In this document: one piece after another, positions 20,322-29,751 of the stretch
Layout of the letters: each line of letters opens with the position of its first letter
How positions within the stretch are numbered: the stretch's first letter is position 1
NCBI GenBank assembly: GCA_003279705.1
Contig: QCGZ01000005.1
Location: 304-64,303 of the forward strand
DNA: 64,000 bases
Direction: 5' to 3'
Source of the DNA: OCS116 cluster bacterium AG-390-I16
GTDB taxonomy: Bacteria > Pseudomonadota > Alphaproteobacteria > MED-G09
Notes under the pieces: generated by a model
Database searches by the model: none
Seen by the model: only the letters and a program-made list of their open reading frames with translations
Told to the model about the DNA's origin: nothing
Translations under genes and position numbers: made by a program

Positions 20322-21027
20322 ACCTTCTATATCTATTATTAAAATCGTTGATAGCTATTGTTAAATTATCTCTATTAAAATCAGGCCATAATGTTTCATC
20401 AAAAAATATCTCAGTATAAGCAAGTTGCCATAATAAAAAATTTGAAACTCTTTTTTCAGAACCTGTTCTAATTAATAAATCTGGTTCAGGAATACCAGCA
20501 GTGAATAAATTACTACTTACAATTTGCTCATCAATAGCTGATGGGTCAATATCTCCAGTCTTAGCTGATGAGCTAATTTTTTTTATAGCATTCACTAGCT
20601 CATCTCTTCCACTGTAATTAAAAGCTATCTGCAAATAAAGACCATTATTATTTTTAGTTAAATCCTCTGATGAATTAATTAAGTTAATTATATCTTTTGG
20701 AATTCTTTCACGATTTCCTATAACCCTTATTTTAACATTTTTTTTGTGAAGTTCAGTTAAATCGGTTTGAATAAATTTTCTTAATAGATTCATAAGATTT
20801 GATGTTTCAGACTTTGGCCTTTTCCAGTTATCAGTTGAAAAACTAAAAACAGTTAGGTATGGAATTTTAAAATCTTCAATATAAGTAAGTAAATTTCTGA
20901 GAGATTTTACACCCTCTTTATGACCGTTTTGTCTTGGCAGCCCTCTATATTCGGACCATCTACCGTTACCATCCATAATAATTGCTAGATGAGAGAGATT
21001 ATTTTCCCTTTTGGAAGAAAATGTCAT
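20281..21027 (-). CDS. uppS: undecaprenyl diphosphate synthase
   Basis: 248 aa. Motif HLAIIMDGNGRW and a cis-prenyltransferase fold signature. Confidence 0.93.
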   Translation of the reverse strand: MTFSSKRENNLSHLAIIMDGNGRWSEYRGLPRQNGHKEGVKSLRNLLTYIEDFKIPYLTVFSFSTDNWKRPKSETSNLMNLLRKFIQTDLTELHKKNVKIRVIGNRERIPKDIINLINSSEDLTKNNNGLYLQIAFNYSGRDELVNAIKKISSSAKTGDIDPSAIDEQIVSSNLFTAGIPEPDLLIRTGSEKRVSNFLLWQLAYTEIFFDETLWPDFNRDNLTIAINDFNNRYRRFGNIKKDIKNDTT

Positions 21028-21029
21028 TT

Positions 21030-21590
21030 TTAAACTTGTTTTATTTCTTGTTCTTTATTGAATAAAGTTTCGTCAATTTTTTTAATATGTTCATCAGTTA
21101 AATCTTGAACATTTGAGGAAAGAGAAACACTTTCATCTTTTCCAATTTCAGAGTTTTTTTCCATAGATTTAATAGAATCCATTCCATCTCTTCTAATATT
21201 TCTAATAGATACCCTAGATTGTTCTGCGTATTTTCCAGCAATCTTAGTTAACTCATTCCTTCTTTCCTCATTTAATTCTGGAACGGGTATCCTTATCAAT
21301 TGACCATCAGTTTGAGGATTCAATCCAAGTCCAGACTCTTGTATTGATTTTTCAACGGAAATAACAAGACCCTTATCCCAAACTTGAATAGAAATTGTTC
21401 TTGGTTCAGGGACAGAAATTGTTCCAACTTGCTCAATCGGCATTTTTGATCCATAAGCGTCGACAGTTATCTGATCAATCATATTAACGGATGCTCTTCC
21501 AGTTCTTAATCCAGCCAAATCATGGGAAAAAGCACTTATTGCCCCTTCCATTCTTCTTTTTAAATCTTCTAAGTTTAGTTTTTCTGTCAA
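21030..21590 (-). CDS. frr: ribosome recycling factor
   Basis: 186 aa. Typical RRF sequence (LRTGRAS.., IRNIRRD). Confidence 0.95.
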   Translation of the reverse strand: MTEKLNLEDLKRRMEGAISAFSHDLAGLRTGRASVNMIDQITVDAYGSKMPIEQVGTISVPEPRTISIQVWDKGLVISVEKSIQESGLGLNPQTDGQLIRIPVPELNEERRNELTKIAGKYAEQSRVSIRNIRRDGMDSIKSMEKNSEIGKDESVSLSSNVQDLTDEHIKKIDETLFNKEQEIKQV

Positions 21591-21606
21591 TTTAATTACC
21601 TAAGTT

Positions 21607-22323
21607 CTAATTAATAATAGTTGATGAATTATTATCACCATTTAAGACTTTTAAGAAAGCATCTTTTTCTGTAATAGAAAAAACTATTACGGGGATATCA
21701 TTATCTCTTGCAAGAGAAATAGCAGAAGCATCCAGAACTTTTAAATTTTTGGTTAGCACATCTTGAAATGAAATGGTTTGATATTTTTCAGCATTGTCAT
21801 GCTTATAAGGATCTTTATCATATACTCCATCAACCTTTGTTCCCTTAAAGAGAGCTTCACAAGCCATTTCACTTGCTCTTAATGCAGCAGCTGTATCAGT
21901 TGTAAAATATGGATTACCCGTTCCAGCAGCAAAAATAACCACCCTGCCTTTCTCCATATGACGAATTGCTCTTCTTCTGGTATAAGGCTCACATACCGAG
22001 GTCATAGTTATTGCTGACTGCACTCTAGTTTGAACACCTATTCTCTCTAAAGAGTTTTGCATTGCTAGAGCATTCATAACAGTTGCAAGCATACCCATAT
22101 AATCCGCGCTTGTTCTATCCATACCTTTAGCAGATCCAGCAAGCCCTCTAAAAATATTACCACCTCCAATAACCAAACATAGCTGTATTCCTAAATTACA
22201 TGCTTGAGAAATTTCTGAAGCTATTCTATCAACTGTTCCTACATCAATACCGTAGGAATCATCACCCATTAATGACTCTCCAGATATTTTTAAAAGAATT
22301 CGTTTATAATGAGTACCAGGCAT
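21607..22323 (-). CDS. pyrH: UMP kinase
   Basis: 238 aa. Motifs [13 protein letters not shown] and [10 protein letters not shown]. Confidence 0.95.
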   Translation of the reverse strand: MPGTHYKRILLKISGESLMGDDSYGIDVGTVDRIASEISQACNLGIQLCLVIGGGNIFRGLAGSAKGMDRTSADYMGMLATVMNALAMQNSLERIGVQTRVQSAITMTSVCEPYTRRRAIRHMEKGRVVIFAAGTGNPYFTTDTAAALRASEMACEALFKGTKVDGVYDKDPYKHDNAEKYQTISFQDVLTKNLKVLDASAISLARDNDIPVIVFSITEKDAFLKVLNGDNNSSTIIN

Positions 22324-22390
22324 CTCAACTCCAAAGCGTAATGAAATCTATGATACTAAATGAAAAAATAAAATTCTATTATAAAAACTA

Positions 22391-23308
22391 TTAATTACCT
22401 GTAATCATAGAATCAACTTCACTTGCAAAATCTTCTTCATTAGATTTTTCAATTCCTTCACCTAATTCAAATCTCACAAAATTAGTAATTTCAATTGGAG
22501 AATCTAAAGAATTTAAAATTTCTGAAACTTTACTCTCACCATCGATAACAAAAGTTTGTTCCAGTAAAACACTTTCCTGATAATATTTATTTAGTCTACC
22601 ACCAATCATTTTTTCAATAATTTCTTCAGGCTTACCAGAGTCTTTAGCCTCTTCTATTAAAATATTTTTCTCTCTTTCAAGGATATCAGGTGGAATATCG
22701 TCGATGCTAATTGATATTGGGTTAGTTGCAGCAATATGCATAGCAATCTTTTTACCAATATTGTCAAGCGTATCTTTATCAAGTTCAGATTTTAAGCTAA
22801 CTAAAACACCTATCTTTCCTAAACCATCAGATACTTGGCCATGAATATAGGAAGAAATATTTTCATCAGAAGTATTTAATCTTCTCATTCTCCTAAGGTT
22901 AATATTCTCACCAATTGATGCAATCATTTCAGTAATATAATCCTTAACAGAGATATCTTTTTCACTAATTTTTAGAGTATTTAAGCTATCAATATCATCC
23001 GATAACAAACTTGAATTACCAATATTTCTTGCAACTTCTTGAAAAGTTTCATTTCTTGCTACAAAGTCTGTTTCTGAATTAACTTCTAGAATTGATGTAT
23101 AATCATTTGATGATGTAATAACAATAAGACCTTCTGATGCTGTTCTACCAGATTTTTTAGCAGCTTTTGCAAGGCCTTTTGTTCTTAACCAATCGATAGA
23201 GGATTCTATATCGCCATTGTTTTCGTTCAATGCATTTTTACAATCCATCATACCGGCGCCAGTTTTATCTCGCAGTTCCTTAACTAATGATGCAGTAATA
23301 TTAGTCAT
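22391..23308 (-). CDS. tsf: elongation factor Ts
   Basis: 305 aa. Motif LVKELRDKTGAGMMDCKNAL. Confidence 0.95.
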   Translation of the reverse strand: MTNITASLVKELRDKTGAGMMDCKNALNENNGDIESSIDWLRTKGLAKAAKKSGRTASEGLIVITSSNDYTSILEVNSETDFVARNETFQEVARNIGNSSLLSDDIDSLNTLKISEKDISVKDYITEMIASIGENINLRRMRRLNTSDENISSYIHGQVSDGLGKIGVLVSLKSELDKDTLDNIGKKIAMHIAATNPISISIDDIPPDILEREKNILIEEAKDSGKPEEIIEKMIGGRLNKYYQESVLLEQTFVIDGESKVSEILNSLDSPIEITNFVRFELGEGIEKSNEEDFASEVDSMITGN

Positions 23309-23335
23309 TTAAAATCTCCCAACTCAAAGTATATT

Positions 23336-24316
23336 TTATTTTTTATCTTCTTCAGAGGTTTTTGAAACTTTTTCCTCAGCAGGCTTAGACTTGGTTTTAA
23401 TTTCCTCATCATTAGAAAGGTTTTCTGAGGCCTCTTCTTTTTTTAATTCTGATGTTTCAGTAGCATCGTCAATTTCGATGGATTTTTCATCAGAATTTAA
23501 AGATACTTTAACCTTATCTTCTAAATCATCACTATTAACCTCTTTAGCTTCTGAATTTTTAACTTTAGAAGCTTTCTTCTTCACAACCTTTGGAGTTGTT
23601 TCTACTTGAACTGATGTTTCATTTTGAGATTGAGCTATTCCGTCAAGAGCAGCTTTTGAAATTAAATCACAAAAAAGTGAGATAGCTTTAGTTGAGTCAT
23701 CATTACCAGGAATTGGATAAGTTATTCCATCGGGGTTACTATTAGAGTCTATTACAGCAGCTATAGGAATATTTAATTTTGTAGCCTCTTGAATAGCAAT
23801 TTGCTCTTTTACAGTATCAAGAACGAATATCAAATCGGGAAGACCACCCATATCTTTAATTCCACCAATTGAAGTATCTAATTTTTCTTTTTCTCTATTT
23901 AATTTAAGTAATTCTTTTTTTGTAAGACCTGATAAATCATCATTATCAATGAGGTCTTCAATAGTTCTAAGCCTTTTAATTGTATTAGAAATTGTTTTCC
24001 AATTTGTTAAAGTGCCACCATACCATCTGTGATTCATATAATATTGAGCACAATCATTGGCAGCATTAGCAATAATTTCTTGTCCTTGACGTTTTGTTCC
24101 AACAAATAAAATTCTACCACCAGACTTAGTAACATCTCTGACAGCTGTTAAAGCTCTGTGTAATAATGGAATAGTTTGAGAAAGATCGAGTATATGAATA
24201 TTGTTTCTTACACCAAAAATGAATGGTTCCATTTTTGGATTCCATCTGTGTTTTTGATGCCCAAAATGAGCACCTGCTTCCAATAATTCACTCATTGAGT
24301 AATCTGGTAATGCCAT
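23336..24316 (-). CDS. rpsB: 30S ribosomal protein S2 with a long acidic/lysine-rich C-terminal tail
   Basis: 326 aa. Motif [19 protein letters not shown]. The conserved core ends near residue 231, followed by about 95 low-complexity residues. Confidence 0.95.
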   Translation of the reverse strand: MALPDYSMSELLEAGAHFGHQKHRWNPKMEPFIFGVRNNIHILDLSQTIPLLHRALTAVRDVTKSGGRILFVGTKRQGQEIIANAANDCAQYYMNHRWYGGTLTNWKTISNTIKRLRTIEDLIDNDDLSGLTKKELLKLNREKEKLDTSIGGIKDMGGLPDLIFVLDTVKEQIAIQEATKLNIPIAAVIDSNSNPDGITYPIPGNDDSTKAISLFCDLISKAALDGIAQSQNETSVQVETTPKVVKKKASKVKNSEAKEVNSDDLEDKVKVSLNSDEKSIEIDDATETSELKKEEASENLSNDEEIKTKSKPAEEKVSKTSEEDKK

Positions 24317-24437
24317 ATTTACCTCCTAATCCGGTTTTACCTCCACGAAAACATCTAAAAAAATAGACCGGTTAGCAACTTCCGTGTGTGTGATTAGTTG
24401 GATATAGTCATTATGGACTGAAACTGCAACAAGAAAT

Positions 24438-26855
24438 TTATATTTCTTCTATTTTTGAAACTCCTGAAATATCCTTTATTGAGCTTAGAATAAGAGAGTC
24501 TATGTAAAAATTTTTTCCTAAACTTAACTCTACTTTATGAACTTTATCGTTAACAGATAGAAAACATAAGGAAACCTCTGAGGAACCATTCCTTTTCAAC
24601 CTACTTTTTATATTTCCAATCGCCTCAGGGTCCTCAAGATATATTTTCATTTTTGATAATGATTTGGTTAAAAATTCGTTTATTGGTGTTATAGAGTTCG
24701 TTAATAGTCTTTGGTTATTTTTTTCTCTTTGAACCTCTAAGTCTAAAATTACTGATGTACCAGGTATTATTTTTTCTCTTACTCTAGATAGTAAATTTGA
24801 AAAAATAGTTATTTCAAATGGTCCATCCTCATCTGTAAGACCAACAAATGCAAATCTCTTTCCATTTTTTGATCTTCTCTCCATGACATATAAAATAGTT
24901 CCTGCTATTTTACATTTAATATCAGGAATTTCAGTTAATTTTTGGTATGAAATAATACCCTGTCTATCAATTAAGCTCTTATAATCTTCAAGGGGATGAC
25001 CTGTTAAATAAAAGCCTATAGCGGAAAACTCTTTTTGAAGTTTTAAATCATTTGCCCACATTGGGACAGATGGTAAAGAAATATGATCAAAAGTTTCAAA
25101 CTCATCACCAAAAAAATTCTCTTGATTATCTGATTTAATTTTTTCAGCAGAAGATGATATATTTGATAAAATATCTACTGAAGAAAAAACCTTATTTCTG
25201 TTTGGTTCAATTTCATCAAAGGCTCCAGAGTAAGCTAAATTTTCAAGATTTTTTTTGGTAAGGATATTATGATCTAATCTTTGAGCAAAATCATGCAAAG
25301 ATTTAAATAATCCATTTTTTTTAACTTCATCATTAATTTTAATCATTGACTGTTGGCTCGCGTTTTTTATGGCGCCCAAACCATATCTTACTGAATTATC
25401 CTGAACATCAAATTGCATTAAAGAGTGATTAACGCTTGGAGGTAAAATTTTAATCCCCATTTTTTTACATTCATTTGAAAATACACTCAATTTGTCAGTA
25501 TTTTCTATATCCATAGTCATAGATGCTGTCATAAAATATTCAGGATAATGAGCTTTTAAATATGCAGTTTGGTATGCAATCAATGCATAAGCAGCAGCGT
25601 GAGATTTGTTAAAACCATAACCGGCAAATTTTGCTACAAGATCGAAAATATAATTAGCTTTATCTTTTTCTATTTTATTATCAGTAGCACCACTGATAAA
25701 CCTCTCTTTTTGATCATCCATTTCAGATTTTATTTTTTTACCCATAGCCCTTCTTAAAATATCAGCCTCGCCCAAACTATAGTTTGCAAGTATTTGAGCT
25801 ATTTGCATTACTTGTTCCTGGTAAATAATAACTCCATATGTTTCTTTCAAAATTTCCTCAAGCATTGGGTGCATATAGTCAGGTTCTTCATGACCTTGTT
25901 TGCAGGCAATGAATCTCGGAATATTTTCCATAGGTCCTGGTCTATACAAAGCCACTAAAGCAATAATATCCTCGAAACAATCAGGCCTCATGTTTCTTAA
26001 AACATCCCTCATACCAGAGCTTTCAAGCTGGAATACTCCAATAGCATTTCCAGAACTTAAAAGATCAAAAGTCACTTTATCATCAAGAGAAATTTCATTT
26101 ATTTTAATATTTTTACCTGTTTTTTGTTTAATTAATTGAATGGTTTTATCTATTACAGTTAATGTCTTTAACCCTAGGAAATCAAACTTAACTAAACCTG
26201 AAGCTTCTGCCCATTTCATTTTAAATTGAGTTACAGGCATTGAAGATCTTGGATCTCTATATAAAGGAATAAAATCTTGCAAACTATTATCGCCAATTAC
26301 CAAACCTGCGGCGTGTGTGGAACAATTCCTATATAACCCCTCTAAGCTTAAGCCAATATTAAGCATTTTTTCTACTTCTGGGCTTTGATCACTTTCATCT
26401 CTTATTCTAGCATCACCTTTTATCGCTTCACCAAGAGAAGTAGGATTGGCTGGATTATTAGGAATTAATTTACAGATTCTGTCTACCTGACCATAAGGCA
26501 GACCTAAAACTCTTCCTACATCCCTTAGGACTGCCCTTGATTGAAGGGTTCCAAATGTAATTATTTGAGCAACTTTATCTTCACCATACTTTTCCTGAAC
26601 ATATGAAATAACCTCATCTCGTCTTTCTTGACAAAAATCGATATCAAAATCAGGTAAGGATATTCTCTCTGGATTGAGAAATCTCTCAAAAATTAAATTA
26701 AATCTTATAGGATCTAAATCTGTTATTGTTAATGCCCAGGCCACCAAAGATCCGGCCCCAGATCCTCTTCCAGGTCCTACAGGGATATTATTTTTTTTTG
26801 ACCATTTAATAAAGTCAGCAACAATTAAAAAAATAACCAGGAAAGCCCATTTCAA
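24438..26855 (-). CDS. dnaE: DNA polymerase III alpha subunit, C-terminal about 796 codons (polymerase core to C-terminal OB region)
   Basis: Motifs [18 protein letters not shown] and [13 protein letters not shown]. The ORF opens only with an in-frame TTG. It joins ORF 26815..27837 if the T7 run is read as T6. Confidence 0.9.
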   Translation of the reverse strand: [805 protein letters not shown]

Positions 26856-27837
26856 TAATTATATTTATTTCTGAATTTAGCCTATCCCAATATTTTTTTT
26901 CATTATCAACTTTGAATATTTTTAACCTTTCTTTAAGTCCATTTTTTGCTTGTTCCTCAAATTCTATAGCTTCACCATTTAAATCTAATCCACTAAACCT
27001 TGGTAACTTTGGTTCAGCTGTTGCAACTTTGTAAGAACATCTTAGAGCAATCTCTAATGTATTTTCAATTGCCTCGGGAATATCTGAAAATAAATCAATC
27101 ATTTCCTGTGGGGTTTTAAAATAAAAATCTGGAGTTAATCGAAACCTATCTTCAGCATCTACTGTTGTAGATTGATTAATACATAACAAAGCATCATGAG
27201 CTTCATACTCCTCTATTTGATTGAAGTAAGAGGTATTAGTTGCAACAACAGGAATATCATTTTCATATGCTATTTTTAAAAGATCTTCTTCTACATTATC
27301 AAAACCAGTTCTCTGAAGCTCAATATAAAACCTATCTTTAAAAGTATTCTTTATTTTATCTATTACTTTTAAAGCATCTTTTTTTTGGTTATTAACAAGA
27401 AGATTATTTATTAGACTATTTTGTCCACCAGAAAGACAAATCAAGCCTTCATTAAGCTCAAGAATTCTAGAAAAATCAATAATTTCTTCACCGTGATCAT
27501 TAATATAAATTTCTGATGACAACCTAATTAGATTTTTATAACCCTCTCTTCGAGTACAAAGTAAAACTAGGGATCCTCTGTGTTTTTCACTTTTAACATT
27601 TAAATTACAACCTATTATAGGTTGAATACCTTTATGAGACATATGTTCGCAAAATTCCAAAGCACCAAATAAATTGTTATTATCAACAATAGCAACTGCA
27701 GGAATATTATAATCCAAACAATTTTGAGAAATTTTATCCATTGTTACTGCGCCCTGTAATAATGAATAAGGACTTGTTGCTCTCAAAGGTATGTATGTGA
27801 AAGAATTATTAATTTTTTCTTGTAAATAATTAGACAT
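26815..27837 (-). CDS. dnaE: DNA polymerase III alpha subunit, N-terminal about 336 codons (PHP domain); frame lost in a T7 run
   Basis: YIPLRATSPYSLLQGA (PHP). It ends ..MGFPGYFFNCC* right after the homopolymer at 26827..26833. Confidence 0.9.
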   Translation of the reverse strand: MSNYLQEKINNSFTYIPLRATSPYSLLQGAVTMDKISQNCLDYNIPAVAIVDNNNLFGALEFCEHMSHKGIQPIIGCNLNVKSEKHRGSLVLLCTRREGYKNLIRLSSEIYINDHGEEIIDFSRILELNEGLICLSGGQNSLINNLLVNNQKKDALKVIDKIKNTFKDRFYIELQRTGFDNVEEDLLKIAYENDIPVVATNTSYFNQIEEYEAHDALLCINQSTTVDAEDRFRLTPDFYFKTPQEMIDLFSDIPEAIENTLEIALRCSYKVATAEPKLPRFSGLDLNGEAIEFEEQAKNGLKERLKIFKVDNEKKYWDRLNSEINIIIEMGFPGYFFNCC

Positions 27838-28506
27838 CTATGAATTTAACTCTTCAATACTTAAAATTCTATCTTGTAAATTTGCTACATCCATATCATG
27901 AGTTGCAATTATTAGACTACAATTATGGTTAATGACAAGATTATTGAAAACTTCTATGACCTTCATACTAGAATCATTATCGAGGTTGCCTGTTGGTTCG
28001 TCAGCTAGAATTATTGTTGGATCATTGATCAGGGATCTTGCAATTGCAACTCTTTGTTGCTCACCACCAGATAATTGATTTGGAAAACTCTTTAATCTAT
28101 CTTTAAGCCCAACTTCTGACAGAAGAAACTCAGCTTTTTCTATAGATAACTTTTTGCTATTTCCAGATAAAATAAATGGAATAGCAGTATTTTCTGTAGC
28201 ATTAAAATCATCCAAAAGATTATTAAATTGAAAAATAAATCCTATATCGTTAAGTCTGTATTGAGATAAAATCTTATCCGAATTCCAATCTATTAGATTA
28301 TTATTTATATAAACTTCGCCATTTGTTGGTATTTCTAAAAGTCCAGCTATATGTAAAAATGACGTTTTTCCAGCTCCAGATGGCCCTATTAATGCTACCC
28401 TTTCTTTTTGATTGATAGAAAAGTTTATATCTCTTAAGACTCTTAATGTATTATTATTAAGAGAAAACTCTCTAGATATATTTTTAAATTCTAAAACCTT
28501 ATTCAT
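27838..28506 (-). CDS. lolD: lipoprotein-releasing ABC transporter ATP-binding protein
   Basis: Walker [10 protein letters not shown], signature [15 protein letters not shown]. Overlaps the lolC/E stop. Confidence 0.9.
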   Translation of the reverse strand: MNKVLEFKNISREFSLNNNTLRVLRDINFSINQKERVALIGPSGAGKTSFLHIAGLLEIPTNGEVYINNNLIDWNSDKILSQYRLNDIGFIFQFNNLLDDFNATENTAIPFILSGNSKKLSIEKAEFLLSEVGLKDRLKSFPNQLSGGEQQRVAIARSLINDPTIILADEPTGNLDNDSSMKVIEVFNNLVINHNCSLIIATHDMDVANLQDRILSIEELNS

Positions 28507-29749
28507 TTCTTAAAGCCTCAACAGGGTCATCTGATATTGCTCTAAAAGAGGGGTATATTGTTGATAAAAGTGTCATTCCAATAGACATTGATCCAATCAT
28601 TAAGACATCATTAACTTTTAATTCAGAAGGCAATTGATTTAAAAATCTTAATTCAGGATTGAAAAAAGTTACATTGAAAATATAAGAAAAAGCCAATCTT
28701 ATCTCTTCAACATAAGGACTTACTATAACTCCAATTAAGATACCCCAAAAGGTTGCAAAAAAACCAATTTTTAAACCTGATATAATAAAAATTCTCGAAG
28801 CATTATATTTACTCAACCCAATAGCTCTTAAAATTGAAATCTCTCTTGATTTATCCTTAATTAACATAACTAATCCTGAAGCAATATTAATACCGGCTAT
28901 TACAAGAATTAAGGATAATACCAATAACATAACATTTTTTTCTACCTTTAAGGCTTCTGCTAACGTGGCATTTATTTGACGCCAATCACGAGAATAAACA
29001 TCTAAATTCTCTAATTTTTTGTCAATTCTTTTCTTAATGATTAGAGAGTTATCTGCATTTGTTACCATCAGCTCAATAACGCCATAAACATTACCTAAAT
29101 TTAAAATTTCTCTTGCATCATCAATATTCAAAAAAACAATATTGCCATCATATTCGGTCATACCTATTTCAAAAATAGCCTTTACATCAAAAGAAGATGA
29201 TCTAGGAATAGTTCCAAATGGAGAACTTACCCCTCTTGGCGATAAAAGTGTCAAATTTTCCCCTTTAGACAAACCAAGGTTTGAAGCCAACCTTGAACCT
29301 ATAACAACTTCTCCTCTATTTATATTATCAACATTTCCAGTGATTACATTTTTATGAATAATTTCAAGAGACTTCAAAGATTGGCTTGACACACCTCTTA
29401 AAAGAGCTCCAGAAGATTGACTTTCTCCCATAACTAGAACTTGGGATTCAAGCATTGGGAAAAAATTATTAATCTCCCTAATATCTCTTAAATTTTCTAT
29501 AATTTCATCTGAATTACTAATACCTTTCTCACTGTATGGATAAATTAAAATATGCCCGTTAATTCCAATTAATTTATCGAATAATTCTGAACGTAAACCA
29601 TTCATAACCGACATAACAATTATTAGGATTGCAACTCCAGATGATATTCCAATGAAAGACAAAATAGTTATAAGTGAAAAAAAACGCTCTTTATTTTTTG
29701 GTTTTAAATAACGTTTAGATATCCACCATTCAAAAAGAAAAAATTTCAA
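28499..29749 (-). CDS. lolC: lipoprotein-releasing ABC transporter permease (LolC/LolE family)
   Basis: 416 aa. FtsX-type permease with a large periplasmic loop, adjacent to lolD. Confidence 0.8.
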   Translation of the reverse strand: MKFFLFEWWISKRYLKPKNKERFFSLITILSFIGISSGVAILIIVMSVMNGLRSELFDKLIGINGHILIYPYSEKGISNSDEIIENLRDIREINNFFPMLESQVLVMGESQSSGALLRGVSSQSLKSLEIIHKNVITGNVDNINRGEVVIGSRLASNLGLSKGENLTLLSPRGVSSPFGTIPRSSSFDVKAIFEIGMTEYDGNIVFLNIDDAREILNLGNVYGVIELMVTNADNSLIIKKRIDKKLENLDVYSRDWRQINATLAEALKVEKNVMLLVLSLILVIAGINIASGLVMLIKDKSREISILRAIGLSKYNASRIFIISGLKIGFFATFWGILIGVIVSPYVEEIRLAFSYIFNVTFFNPELRFLNQLPSELKVNDVLMIGSMSIGMTLLSTIYPSFRAISDDPVEALRNE

Positions 29750-29751
29750 AA

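Noticed and set aside
24377-24391. A CACACACACGGAAGT string in the rpsB leader, reminiscent of the ACGGAAGT core of glutamine-riboswitch (glnA RNA) motifs.
   Set aside because: Only the short core matches. The flanking pairing elements of that motif are not present, and the genetic context (rpsB) is wrong.
26815-26855. dnaE as a natural split gene (split intein or two-subunit arrangement).
   Set aside because: There is no extra sequence at the junction. The two ORFs overlap in different frames exactly at a homopolymer. Deleting one base restores the continuous conserved motif [15 protein letters not shown].
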